Of a DNA stretch of 64,000 nucleotides, positions 22,230 to 35,394 are shown in pieces. The notes beneath the pieces were generated by a model, which was not told the DNA's origin, did no database searches, and was given only the letters and a program-made list of their open reading frames with translations. The stretch covers positions 248,001 through 312,000 of the forward strand of contig RDEW01000033.1 in assembly GCA_011109175.1 (NCBI GenBank), given 5' to 3'. The stretch is from Dicyema japonicum (Eukaryota; Animalia; Dicyemida). Numbering within the stretch: position 1 is the stretch's first letter; each line of letters begins with the position of its first letter. Position numbers and translations under genes: made by a program.

Positions 22230-24860
22230 TTATTTATTTATTTAACTCAAAGACCACCAAGAATGATAGGTCAAAGCTAATTAATTAGGTGATCCCAGCC
22301 TCCAACAACATCCGAACTCTCTTAGCCTGGTCTTCTGATGACCAACCGCATTCCGGAAGCGCCTTCTCTTCATTCTGCAAAAGAATTCAACCGGCATGCA
22401 CTTTTTTTATAACCGACAGAAATTCCTCTTCATGGGCCATTTTGAATGGTTTTTCCAGTTTCTTGCAGAATGGGTTTTTCAGTTCCTTGCAGAAACGTGA
22501 AAATCTCCAGGCGGAGCAGGCATATTCAATGGTAGGAACTAATTGTTGGTAGACCTTGTTGACGCAAGTAGCAGGGGGAAAGGGCTCTTCTTTATGATCG
22601 CTTGTAAAATGTTCCATTTCCGAAGACCCTTGGCAAGTACCTCCTCCACGTGACTCGATAACGCCATCAGAGAGTCGAAAATAACCCCAAGGATCTTCTG
22701 GGTCCGCGTAGAAGGGATCGAAGTATCTCCAAAAAACAGTTCGAGTCCATCTTTAAATCTTCTATCAGTAGTGAAAATTGTGAACTGGGATTTAGATGCT
22801 GACACACATAACATATTTGCAGATAGTTAGTCACATACTCAGTTTAGGTGTGTCTGAACAGTTGCTACAGCCACGGAAAGAGATTTATCTCTTGCATCGA
22901 TAATTAGGTCGTCTGCATGGGATAAAAACATAGTGTCCTGGTCATTGGTAGTAGGTAGGTCATGTAGAAATAGGTTGAAAAGGAGAGAAGACAGAAGGGA
23001 GCCTTGCGGGACCCCATTGGGGAGTAGTCTTGATTTGGAAGTGTTTTGTCAATCCGGACCTTTCCGCGTCGTCCAGTTAAGAAATTTTCCAGCCATAGCT
23101 TGATGTTTGGATGTAAGTTAGAATTAAAAATCTTATGCGTTAGGAGTTTCCTCGGAGCAGAATCAAAGGCCTTCTGTATGTCGATGATACTAAGGCCGTC
23201 TGCAAGTTTGTTCTCATGTTAAAGCCGTCAGTAATAAACTGGGAGATAGAACCCAAATGAGTCGTTGTAGAACGGTCTGCCCTGAAACCATGTTGAAACT
23301 CTGGTAGATTTAGAACAGGAGAGATACGCATTAATACAAGCTTTTCCAGTACTTTTGATAAAACACAAGTTATTGAGACGGTAAGAAGAGAACGTCTTTT
23401 GGTTTCCAGGCTTTAGAATTTGCGTAATCAGGGTTTTTTCATATATTAGGTAGCGTATGGTTGTTGATAGAGTCGTTGTACAGTCTCGATTGTATGGCTT
23501 GTGCCTGAGGTCCAAGGTGTTTGAGGTGAATATTGCAAATACCGTCGGGACCACAAGCACGAGTGGGAGTGTGGTTATGTTGTCTGGTCTTTTGGCCTCT
23601 GAGTTGTTGGCTTTGGATATGGCTCTGGAACATTCTGACTAGTAAATATCCAGTCATTGGAGCGTTTCGGTTCAATCTTTTTCAGGATACTTGGTGTTCT
23701 TTTGAAAACTTCTTGTAGGAGATAGACGTATAATATTTAATCAGAGTGTCTGGTTTTATGTAGACTTCGACTTTTCTCTCTGGGGAGGATCTTTTGATGT
23801 TCTTGATCCACTTCCACACTCTCTGCATTGGGGGGTTCTTGCAGAGAGCTTTGATAGTCTCGTCCATCTATTTGCATTTTCTGCCTTTATGTTTTTGTCG
23901 ACCTCTCCGTTCAATTTTTTTATTTTCTTGATGTTCTCTTCTGTTGGCGATTTTACCATCTTTTTGATTTTCGTTCTTTGATCAGATGTTTCGTCGTTGT
24001 GTTGAAACGTTTTGATGACGTAGGTTGTCTCCCCATAGGAATGTACTTCTTTTTCACAGCGTTTATAATGGAGTTGAACCATTTCACTAATTGTTTGAAG
24101 GGGGAGGAGTGGTGAAATTTAGTAGTCTAATGCAATTATCGACGTAATCCTTGAATCCTCTTCAATTCGCAAGGCTGTAGTTATCGTTGGGCATTGCCCT
24201 TTTATCCGTGACCTCGTTTTGATCTCCAAAAATATTGGATTGTGGTCACTCCTGGTGTCATACTTCACTGACCAGTCAACAAGAGGGGCCAAGGATGGTG
24301 ATGATGAGATGTCGATAGAAGAAGGTTTATCGTTACGTCGAGTAGGTGTTCTTGTATTAATGCAGGATCGTTGGTATACAGGTTGTGGAGGTCCTCAATT
24401 ATCATCTTCCCCTTTTGTCATAGGTTTGTCCTTCAGCCACAGTGAATGCTTCGCATTGAAGTCACCACAGATATCACATCCTTCTGTGATGTGAGAGGAG
24501 TCGATCTGGGAGCACTGGAAGAGCAGGAACTCAAAGGCGGGAGATATGCGTTGACCATATTATTGATAGTCTTGGGAATCGTACTTTGGTGCCACAAGTT
24601 CGAGATTTCCATATCCTTTAAGCATACTGTAGACACTGTTAGTTTTATTTTCAAACAAAATGCCGTTGCGAATTACTGTGGAAAACCCTCCAGTGGAGTG
24701 GGGAGAGCAAATGATCCTTTTTCGTGCCGGCCTGGCACTGGGCGTCACCTAGACAGGTGGATCACATGACGCCACTCTAATAGGAAGAGAGAGGAGGAAC
24801 AGACAAGCAAGCAGAAAACTTCAACCAATTAACCACGCAGCACCACATGGCGCCACGCAA
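22230..24860 (-). mobile_element. Near full-length single-ORF LINE (APE + RT, no RNase H; I/Jockey group, Ingi/Vingi-like), degenerate
   Basis: APE: GDFNAKHSLW, SSIDIS, SDHNPI. RT: ACGPDGI, QHGFRADRSTTT, QKAFDSAPR, NGVPQGSLLS, HADDL. C-terminal EYACSAW. Ends LLEAGIT* followed by a (TAAA)n tail at about 22225-22245. Confidence 0.88.
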
Positions 24861-25298
24861 TTTATAAATGATTGAAGATGTTCTGATTATATGTTTTTTT
24901 TATCATTTATTTTGTATTTCTAATAAATGAAGAAAAGACAAAAACATCATGATTGATAATCATCATAATTACACCATGAATTTACGTATTCGTTGATTGG
25001 GAAATAACTTTAAAATCTCTTATGCTAGACAACCTTTAATCCCAAAAGCATATGAAAATCTATAATGACCGTGATTATGAGTATTTTCTATAACTCCCCA
25101 ATCACCCAATATACAAATCATACGAATTAGTTTCCGTGAATAAATGATATCACAATTTAAGACCCCACCCACTAAAATAATGTAATTATCATGAATATTT
25201 GTGGTAATTAATAACAAATTATTAAATTTCAGTAAGGAAAACTAATAAATTTCATGTCTGTGATATAACCAACTCAACAATTAGAAAAGGTTAAGATA

Positions 25299-26900
25299 TT
25301 ACTGATTTGTGATTATGTAGTTGATCAGTTTGCTGGCAAAACTCCCACTAACAAGTCCGGCAGAAGTGAAGATAAAAGTCAAGAATCCTGCCTCTCTTTC
25401 ATAACCTGGGGCATATCTATGATAATTCGTGTCGAAAGTACTCAGGGGCATAGGTTGCGATTAGACTGAGTAGTAACCGTGAGTGATGGAGAATATGATT
25501 GTGCAAAAAATAAAAAACCAGTCTGGGATGACAACTGGTAAAACACGAATTGTTGATAAACTGTTTGCGTATATGAAAATGAATGAAAGCAATCCTCAGT
25601 ATTGCAGGAATAAATGCATATTTCCGGGATGGCTAAGATTATCAATAATATTACAAATCTAATATATGAGGGAATGAGAGACATAACGAAGGTTGAAATG
25701 TTGAAGATAATGAATGAGCATATTATTCCATACCAATCATCTAATATCACTACAACTAAATTACCAGTGAGGTGGATATTGGGATTTTGTGGAGCAGAAG
25801 TCCTCATAACTGTTGGGAATACGGACAAAGTGACTACGTAAACCAAGTACGTTGATAATATTGCGGGATAACACTATTTTTATATAGTACAGTACCATTT
25901 TAAATGCAATGATCAGTCTCTTGAGATCTTCGATGACTTTTACTTTTAATGAAATTTTACCCTCATCAGAGAATTTAGTATTTGGGTAGAAAGGCTATAA
26001 TTACTTTAATGACCACCACAGACTTTATCTTTTTACACACACACAGTCCCATGAGACCTAATAGCCCAGCGACTGAATATTATGCGGCAGCAAGTCTCCA
26101 CGTGCCAATTTTAACTATTTATTAATAATTAAAACTCACCCACTATCAGCAACAGAAAAAACAGAGTGGGTTTTACTCGACATAAATTCCATTAATATAG
26201 TACTTGTAACTACCATTCCTGTAAGCAATGAAGGGAAAAGGTTATCTTTTCCTTGAAATGCTCCAGCCATGGCGAATAGAGATACTTGCATCCACCCAGA
26301 AGCCACTAAAATAATTTGTACCGTAACCTTGCATGACAGAAATCATAAAGTAGTGAAGATAAATAAACTGTACCTTCCCTTAAAATAAAGCAAAATGAAA
26401 ATACATTTGGTGGTATCAACCAAAGCAAGGATAGTCAATATGACAAATCCAATGAATAAGACAATTACAGTCAATGAGATGTGATATACCTCTGTACCCC
26501 TGTCTTTAGTTTAATCTGATACTTTTTGGGACGGTAGAAAAAACTGGCGACAGCAATAACGAATATCATAGCTTTGGAGATGATCACAATGTCATTAAAG
26601 AGTGAATTTCGCATTTAGGGTTAGTGTCTGAGTTGAGTATGTATTCGATGTAGTACTAATACTGTAATATGTATAATACCTCTGTGGCTATGTTGATGGT
26701 GATGTTCCATGTAATGACTAGAACAATTCCAAGAACTATAAAAAATGTTCTTTAATTTAAAATGAAGACTACCTTTCCATTTTGTACCAATAATTGTCGT
26801 AAATTAATATTAGTATTTATCACGTCCATTTGTGGTTTGAATTTTTACGAGTGTGTCTTCCTTCTCTTCGTGAATAATTCTTATCAATATTGACCACATT
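25299..26900 (-). CDS. SLC29A: Equilibrative nucleoside transporter (SLC29/ENT family), multi-exon; start not resolved
   Basis: TM1 FFIVLGIVLVITWN. SLFAMAGAF...LLTGM matches the ENT GSLFG...SGQG region. Also VYVVTLSVFPTV, WYGIICSFIIFNI and C-terminal EAGFLTFIFTSAGLVSGS. Introns 22-24 nt; one -1 homopolymer shift near 26610. Confidence 0.8.
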
Positions 26901-27259
26901 TATTCATTTTGGCCAAAAAAGGTCAAGGATTGGACAGTCACCAATTATAGTTTGTGGTTTTAGGTGTGTTAAGTCTGACACAATAAAAATTTATACAATG
27001 GTTGTTCTGACATGTAACAAATGTAAGCATCTTTCCGTTTATGAGTTAATGAAACGTTAGATCTCCGACAGTTTTTGATTAAAATCATATTTGCCAGCTG
27101 AGTGTGCTTCCACAAGTCCATTAGAGTCATTGGTTAAGAAAGGATTTCATTGATAATATTACCAAATTGGTCATTTGAAACAAGTATTTGGAATCTCTAT
27201 TAAGGGTTTCTTCCGAATCATCTATTGGCTGTGGAAATCAACGAATGACTCTAGTCGAT

Positions 27260-28210
27260 ATAAAACGTGCAGACAAAAAAATTTACCGTGTACTTACTGA
27301 CATCCTACTTCAGTACCTTCGCTTACTGTGTCTATAACGAAAGTTCTGGAAACGCTGATTCTGTCAAAAATCAAAGATTTTCTTCCGGACTTGTCATTTC
27401 AAACGTGGTTTTAAACTTCGACCCACCTACTACTTTATACGTTATGGCTTTTCTCACAGGGACACCTACATATTGTGCTTTACTGCATTGACGTCCATTA
27501 AGCTTTCGAGTGAGTGTCGAGGAAATTTTTACTTGAAAAAATTTCTAAACAAAAATCTCTGGAAAGCTTACCTCCTTATGGTCGGAGGGGACGTGCCTGA
27601 TTGGATTGTAATTCACGAATCTCTTAAGGATCTTCTTTGTCTCTTTTGTTATTCAACCTATTTATGGCCGATCTCCATAGATTGGAAGTCGAAAATGATA
27701 TTCTTTTTACTTATGCTGATGACATAGTCATAGCTTCACACGATCGGGAAACCCGGGCTGATCTTCATTCAAGGAAACTTTAATAACTTTTGAGTAAGGA
27801 ATATAGGTCTTTTTTGGGTGAATCCATGGAGTATTTCTAATGGCATATCCAAACCACTAAACTACCTGCTCATTGATGGAAACTTAACAAAAATTTAGAT
27901 TATGGTTGAGTATACCTGCGCCTCCTTGGCTTATGGAATCTCAGTCTTAAGTTACGAAACCATAAATTCACTAAGATGGAAAATTGTCCATCAAACAAAC
28001 CTCTCTAATCAATTCTTCCTTCCCACTCCTTGACCAGTTTGGAATTCAGAATAGTGTGTACGTTTTCCACACTCTGCGGCGTAGAATCTTATTGTTCCTA
28101 GAATCTGCAAAAACTAGTAAATTCCAAAAAAACCCACGCCTCTACAAATTCTACTGAGAGAAGAGCGCCTTGAGAACTATGGAGAATCACCTCTGTGGAC
28201 TACGGAGTGA
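27260..28210 (+). mobile_element. Degenerate LINE RT, same group as 22230-24860
   Basis: Reads ILFTYADDIVIA, V*VEYTCASL and a 3' LLRE...LWTT remnant. Confidence 0.7.
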
Positions 28211-29706
28211 ACTTAATGAGTTGATTTAATTCCTGATGTTCCCCTTTTAGGGGTTAAATAATAATAGCACAAATTAAACAAAGTGTTTATGAATAAAATG
28301 AAATAATTGACTAAAGTTATAAACTATTGGTACATATTATAATTCCACAAAACTACAACTTAATGATATATTTTATACACTAAACCCTGGTTATCAGACC
28401 AAAAAGTTGGGTGCCTTTCGGATTGTGAAGGGAATAAATATACTAATTTTGCATTGTAATTAATATTTATGTTTCATATATAAAAATGTAACAAACTATT
28501 TAAAATCAAAAATTATGTCTAATGAAATCATAAATCGTTGTATCTGTCTTATATTCCTTAGAATTAACTTTATTGTATTTGAATTTTTCAATGTTCGAAA
28601 CTAATATTTTTTGAAAATAATTAGTCATTGAATTATGATGTTGTTTACCACTGTTTTGACTTGTTAATCATAGTTTCAGTTTTCCCATTTTCACGGTTTT
28701 TTAAGAATTTCTGAAAGTGTCGAACCATTTTTTATGTATTTTTATTCCACAAATCTTTCTTTTCCGAGCAATATAATTTTCGGTCCTCTTTCTAACCACG
28801 TGTCACTGTAAGATTTTAAATTTAAAATGTAAATTCAATTAAATGTATAACAAAAAATAAATTAATCCGAAATTTTTAATAATTGTCTTTTGGATTGCGG
28901 ATTATAAAGTTTCGTTTATCGATGAATGTTGATTGAATCTTGGTAAAATTTTGGACTCATCGAAAAATTCTGATTATTGAAGTTCGGATATAATTTAATG
29001 TTTTGATGATATCCATTTTAATATTTTAATTTTCATTATTTTTACTATAAACAAAACGAGGATTTTGTTATTCTGGCTTGCGTAATGAGATTTTAGATTA
29101 TGTATTTTGTCAAATGGAGAACTTGTAATATTAGAATTTACATAATAGAAGAATGGAAACATTTCCTACAACCGAGAATTTATTGAAAACCTGACTCTCC
29201 AAAGTCTTAGAAGTACAAAGAATGACTGAAAAATGTAAAAATCAATATTATAGATTATTTAATTGTCCTAATGACTGGTAAGGTTTATTTACGTACACAA
29301 ATGAATAGATTTGGCGTGCAAAATTAAAATCAATATTTGGTACTTGACCAATGAATGGCTCAAATTATTTTCTTAAAGTTGACTTTTATTCGCATAAACG
29401 GAAAAAATCTTAAACTGATGTTCTATATTCTGAAGGCATTTTAGGATTTTTGTAGACGTTGATGAGGTTTTAAATAAAACGAGAATGTGAACTATAGGAA
29501 TATTCATCAACAACTAATGGTTTTCGACTCTGAAAATGTGAAACAGAATCTATCAGAAGGACTGGTCACTTCAAGGGTGGGATCTGTTTGACAAAAATAA
29601 ATTAATTTTATCAACTGAATTGGAATTATATAATAACCATTATAATTCAATAAGTCATGTAAATTATATTATTAACAAATAATTTATTAAAATAAAACAA
29701 ATATTA

Positions 29707-30090
29707 TTAATTAGGGTTATTTAGATTTGGTTTACAATGAGAATACAACGTGGATACATCATCCACCACAGTCTTCAATGATTTCATATATGGTAGGGAG
29801 TATGGATTTTTCAATTCCCTTATATAACATTTTATACATAACATTTTTCCAGATTCTGCATGAGTTCTCCACTCAGGCGTATGCTTTGTCTCACATTCAC
29901 TGCATAAATTTAGACTCGAAGGTTTTAGGGTTGATTTCCCTGACAAAATAGAGGGAGCCAAATCCTTGAGATAGAAGCTATACTCCAGTGAGGGAATAAA
30001 GGATATCTTGTCAACAATTGGAATAAGCAAGGTCGGCAATTTCTTCATAATTTTATTGTACTCAGTAGTAAAATCTTGATTGTCATACAT
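29707..30090 (-). CDS. GATA-type zinc-finger protein, resembling the GATAD2/p66 CR2 region
   Basis: CSEC-x18-CIKC with TPEWR and GKMLC, preceded by SFIPSLEYSFY (compare p66 FLPSAANxEFIY). Confidence 0.55.
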   Translation of the reverse strand: MYDNQDFTTEYNKIMKKLPTLLIPIVDKISFIPSLEYSFYLKDLAPSILSGKSTLKPSSLNLCSECETKHTPEWRTHAESGKMLCIKCYIRELKNPYSLPYMKSLKTVVDDVSTLYSHCKPNLNNPN

Positions 30091-31020
30091 AATTTGTCCA
30101 CGTGGAACGTTATTGAAATTTAGCCGCCATTAATTAAATTTTTAATTTTTCAATAAGTTTATTTTATTTTTTAATATAAAAAAATAGACTTATCGTCCTG
30201 AATTTTCCCCATAAAAATTTAATATTAAGTTAATTTTAATAAAATTAATTTAAATATTAAATACAATCTTGTGTTGATAAATGAACATTTAGTTAAACCA
30301 TGTGTGCATGTACTATCTCATAAAATGTCCCAGGTATAGCTTTGATTTAAATTTTATAGTTTTGCCACTGTCTTACAGTTAACAAATTTCTTGTTGGGTA
30401 TTGCTGTCATGATTGGCTGTGGGTTCGATTCCACTACTTTTGTTTTTGTCAATTCTTAAGAAACGTCATGTGATTCACATGTCCAAGGAGAACCCATTAT
30501 CTGGCCTGCATAAAAAAGGATCTCATTTTTCCATACTTCACTTGAGGATTCCCACTATGGCCGATATTAATGGACGTTATACTCTTACCGCATAAGTGGA
30601 ATCACTTAGCTTGTAATTTTTTTCTTTATAACCCGATGATCCTAAATAAATATTTTATGAACAAATTATTCGTTATTAAAAAATCTAATATGAAGCTGAC
30701 TGTTGAACTTTTTAAAAGTCAGATTACCAATAGTTAAGTGGTAATGTAAAATAGGTCACTCGTTAGATAAGTGCTACAGATTACCTTCATAAAAGTCAGG
30801 GTAGAGCAGGAAAACTGTTATCAAATTTGTCCACTTATCTAAAAACAACCAGTGTTGATATGCTCAGGTTCTCATCTGTAACGGTCGTGGTTTTCGCAAC
30901 CATTAGGCAAATTATTGGAGACGCTTCTGTATATAGAGAATGCAATGAACCTTTCCTGATTTATAATTTAAGGGATCTTATGGAAGAGCTTCTACATACA
31001 TCAAGAAGAGATGCTTTAGT

Positions 31021-32510
31021 GAGTTAGTTAGTTAAAAGCTCCTTCGCGTAGCCCTAAAAGGGTTTTCCTTGAGCCATGCTTTGCAGCCATCCTCCTCGCC
31101 CACGCCATCTTGTTTCTGGGCCTCATTCGAACATCATCCAGGTCGTTTGCTGTCACCAATTTACGACCGATTTTTTCCTAATCATCTTTTAAGCACAAAT
31201 TGGAAGTGTATTTTTTGGTCTGCCTCGAAATCTGTGACTTCCGGCGTAGTAGAAATATTCTTCCACTATTCTGTCATACGGCGTAGTCTAAGAATATGTC
31301 CAAATAGTTGCCATCTCGATAAAATAACGTATATGCTAATTGGTGCAGATTTACATAGAGAAATAGTTTCTCGTTTGAGATTTTTCTCGGCCAGAAGATT
31401 CCAGTCAGTATGCGCAGTTGGCTTCTGTAAAAAGTGTCTAGCCTCTCTAAATCGTTTTTGAGGTTCCCCATGTTTCGGAATCGTATATCAGTATTGGCTT
31501 AGTAAACGTGTCGTATAGTCTGACACGAAGTTTCAGTGAAACAAGCCTCTTTCTTATCCAGATGGTGTACATTTTTTGAAGTATATAGTTTCCACCATTT
31601 TCCTTCGACAAATATCCTCGGCGTCACCTAGTAGTGAGCCGAGTTTTTTTTGTATGTCTCCAGAGTTCGTCATTTCTTGATTTGGCTCGTTCGATTTGTG
31701 TGTAGTCCGTTTTTGTAATATTTATGTGCAGATCCCATTTATTTAAAATAATTTCGGTGTAGAATATCCATGAGTTTTTCTCTGTTGATGCTGTCAAAAG
31801 CCTTCGTAACTTACTTTCCTGTAGTTTTGACATATTTATGTAAGTCATCGATGACTGAAGTAGACCTTCCACTTCTAAACCCACTTTGACTTTGGGAAAA
31901 GTATTTTTCCACTGGCTCTCGTATACGGTTAAGCACTATGATCGATAATGTCTTCCTGATAGTTGACAGTAGAATAATAGGCCTTAATCCATTCAGCGAT
32001 CCCTCTTTTTACCCAGGTTTGTGTATTGGAATTAAGACTCCATGTTTTAATGGAAGTGAACGATGAAGTTTCATCGACTCGTTTAATATATCCGTAATTA
32101 TATTCCAAACTATAACCGGAGCATGTTTTAGTACTCGCCTGGGATGACATCATAGCCAGCTGAACGATTGTCTTTTAGGAGTATGAATGCATTTATCACT
32201 TCCTTTATTGTAATTTCGTTTGTAAGAGGTCTTGGATTTCCAATAAATTTAGGTATATCACCCCAACTGAATTAAACTGTGCTTGGAAGTGTTTGGCAAT
32301 ATGGTTTGCTTTATCCTTTGGTTTTGTAAATAATGACCCGCGTTGTCGCAGATTTTCAGCGGCTTTTTCGCAGTTTCTCGTGTAAGTAATTTAACAGCAG
32401 AAAACATTAGTCTTCCTTACTGACAGTTTCAGTCGACATATCGTCCAAATATTTGTGCCAGAGGTCATTCGATCGTTTTATTATCAAATGTGATATTTTA
32501 ATACGTTTTC
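31021..32510 (-). mobile_element. RTE-clade retrotransposon, degenerate RT and 3' end, with (TAAC)n tail
   Basis: Reads LDTFYRSQLRILTGIFWPRKISNEKL and KKLGSLLGDAEDI. Tail gagttagttagtt at 31021. Confidence 0.85.
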
Positions 32511-32579
32511 TCTATTATTAATATCACTTTCACGAAAGCCATAATATTTATAGCCCTGCATGTGCAGCAAAAAAATATA

Positions 32580-33330
32580 AGAGAGTTAGCTTGCTCCTAG
32601 CTCTTCTGTTCTTAGCTAGGTCCTTATTGTACAGTCCTTTCGCGAGATCTTGGATGGCCAGGACATTCCAGTTATGTTTCTTAGATGATTCTTGTGAAAC
32701 GAGTCTAACTTTTCCAATTCCTCTTTTGAGGTCTTTGTTTTATGTTATTCCTTTTCCGTTTTAGCCATAGGTTATCAGCCTGTGTAATGCCGCGTTTCCC
32801 ATGGTTTTTCTCCTTATGATATCTTCACTATCTCCTAGTAGGGAGCCAAGTTTCTTTGTGTGTCTCCATTTCTCTTCGAGTGAGTTATTCATTTGTCTTA
32901 TTTCTGTCCGTTCTGTTTTTTCCCTGTTCATGGTGAAAAACCATTTTTCAAGAATATCTGGTGCATTAAACTAGTACATGTTCCAGGAGTTCTTTGTCTT
33001 CAGAGATTAATGGTCGACGTCATTAGCATAAATCACTTCTTCTATTTTTCCTTTGTATAATGGTCTCAGTTCCCTCATAGCGGCCTCCAAGTATATAGTG
33101 AATAGTAGCAGAGAGAGGGAGTCCTCTTGAAGAGTGCCTGTGTTTGTTTCAAATTGTCTTAAGTAGGTTTTTCCAACTCTCACAAGGAGTTCTGTGTTAG
33201 ATATAAGGATTTGGATCATTCTTAGACTCGATTCGTCAATAAACCCTTACAGCACTGTCATCAATTTGTTCCTGTTAACCGAGTCAAAGGCTTTTGATAG
33301 ATCTATTCCCATAATGTGGGTGGCATTGCA
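32580..33330 (-). mobile_element. RTE-clade RT fragment of a second subfamily
   Basis: Reads GIDLSKAFDSVNR, TNTGTLQEDSLSLLLFTIYLEAAM, YANDVD and KKLGSLLGDSEDI. Confidence 0.8.
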
Positions 33331-33589
33331 ATATCTTTGATGTGTTGCACATCTCCAACAGTCTCTGTCGCCAACAGTTTTAAGATATCCATGATCTTCC
33401 CAAGGTCAGTCAAGAGGGTGCTACTGGTTTCAACACCCCGCAATCGTTTAGAGACATTTTGTTGGTATCTCTTTTGCCAAGTGTCAAAAGTCAACAGTTC
33501 CACAGCCAAGCGTCTATATAGAGGTACTTTTCCTATTTACTGCTTCAATTCCAAAGTATCGCGTAAGATTTAATCTGGCCACTGTTAAT

Positions 33590-34190
33590 TTATGGTCACT
33601 GTCAGCTATAGTTCCTCCATAACTCCTAGAGTCAGACAACAGTCCTCATGGCTGCTTTGGCATTCCTATCACCACAGATGAATCGTTAGTGTAGATTTAT
33701 GAACTTGCATATGTGTTTTCAACAGGATTTGGTAAAACTCGTCCAATTCGTCCATATTTTCCGAAACTCTGCCCATGTGCTGAACATATACGTTGATAAC
33801 AGTCATCATAGTATTGTTAGTGGGCGATAGACGAAATTGCAAAACAGCCAAACGATCATTGGCTCCTTTTGCACGTAGTTGATTAGGTTCGAGTTGCTCG
33901 CAAAACCAAGACCGTAGTGACGATTGTCAGACGGGAGTAGGAGAATGCGATGTTTACCAAAGGTTCCTTCCGATCCAATGGCGTTTTTCGTCTCTTAAAT
34001 GCAACAGATATCAATTTTGTAACGTGACAGATCTTCAGCTAATTGTTCCCTCTTGATTAGAGATGGGAGGCCTTGGACATTGTATGTGGCGATGGTGAAC
34101 AAGGACTTTGACTTTGAGCATGATAAAGACATGATTTTTATAGGGAAAAACAGAAGCACGTCACCACTTCAACCAAAGTCTTTGGTGAAG
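33590..34190 (-). mobile_element. RTE 5' end and APE fragment
   Basis: Homologous to 4510-5300; reads TIATYNVQGLPS and ICCI*ETK. Confidence 0.8.
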
Positions 34191-34239
34191 GGATTGGATA
34201 CGAAAAAAACATATTTCTTGTGTTCTGTAAAATTGATTA

Positions 34240-34560
34240 TTCAACCTAAAAAGACTTATGGTTTATCATGCACATGTGTTTCTCACAGCATGCCGAAAAC
34301 GTGATCATCAAATACGAGAATAAGGTTAACATTCTGAAAAGCATCTCAGGAATATAGAAGGCAGGAAACTATCCACTCTTGAACTCTATCTACAGACAGT
34401 ACGTCGAACCATGCATCTCATGTGATTCCTGGGACCCATTATATCTGACAAATTCCATGAAAATAGAAGTCAGTCAAAAAGCATGTAAAGTTACTGAGCG
34501 ATGGACTTCTGGAAAGGTCTCCTCTCCAAGACCTTTGGATTTCCTAATTCGCATGAACCG
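34240..34560 (+). mobile_element. LINE RT C-terminal fragment
   Basis: Reads NILKSISG...LNSIYRQYVEPCIS, matching the post-RT LxxxYxxxxRPxxEY motif. Confidence 0.5.
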
Positions 34561-34719
34561 AGGAGCGAGCCCGTGCAACTACCAGCATCCAATTGTACGG
34601 CCGATACGTACTTTCGTGGGCTCAGGGGAAGATCATCGTGTTCTGTTGGAGCATGCCTGGATAACGTGAGTTGTTAGTTTGGTGTTACTGTGGTTTTTGA
34701 AATTTTTTATTTCATTTCA

Positions 34720-35010
34720 TTATAGTTAGCCCTTTAGTTAGCCCCGACCTCACTAGCATATAGGAGGCCAGCTGTCCTCAATCGAGCAGCAATGGAGGGT
34801 ACATATCTGATAGTCAATGAAGGGCATAGGCATTAAGTTTGCATATAATCATCAAAAGGTGGTCCAGAGAAGTCAGCTCAATTCATTCCTGAGGAAGAAG
34901 TGCCCTGAACGGAGCTAAGCTAAGCTCCTCATGTTTCTCTGTCGAGCATACTCTCCACGACATCCACCATCTTGGAAGGGTTATCTAGAGTTCGTTTCAA
35001 TTCAGCCTTC
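34720..35010 (-). mobile_element. LINE 3' end, third copy of the 6020/44467 family
   Basis: The reverse complement gctggcctcctatatgctagtgaggtcggggctaacta matches 44795-44835. Confidence 0.65.
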
Positions 35011-35394
35011 GGATAGCCTTAATTAATATTTGTTCATGTATAATTTTAATTTGGATTTACTGTGAGGTGACTGGGGGATCTTCGATAGTTCCCAATATAA
35101 GTCGTTATGATGGTTCTTCAGTGGCAGAATTATGAATTCCCATTGGAGATGATCTGATTGGATGTATACATTTATCTGATAAGCTCCATTTTGAGTCGTT
35201 TGAGGTTTTTTTTAAAGTGTTGACTTTAATGAAAATTAGTTCAAGGAGGTCTGAAAATTGACAAAAAATTCCAAAATCCAGGATAAAAATACACTAACAA
35301 ATCATGCGACTCAGCTCGTTTGAGTAACATCCTCATCTTGGCATGATGAGATACGAATTAACATAGTGATGATGTCAGATCCCACAGTTTTTAC

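Noticed and set aside
28480-29650. Possible AT-rich minus-strand gene downstream of the GATA ORF
   Set aside because: No consistent frame or motif could be reconstructed.
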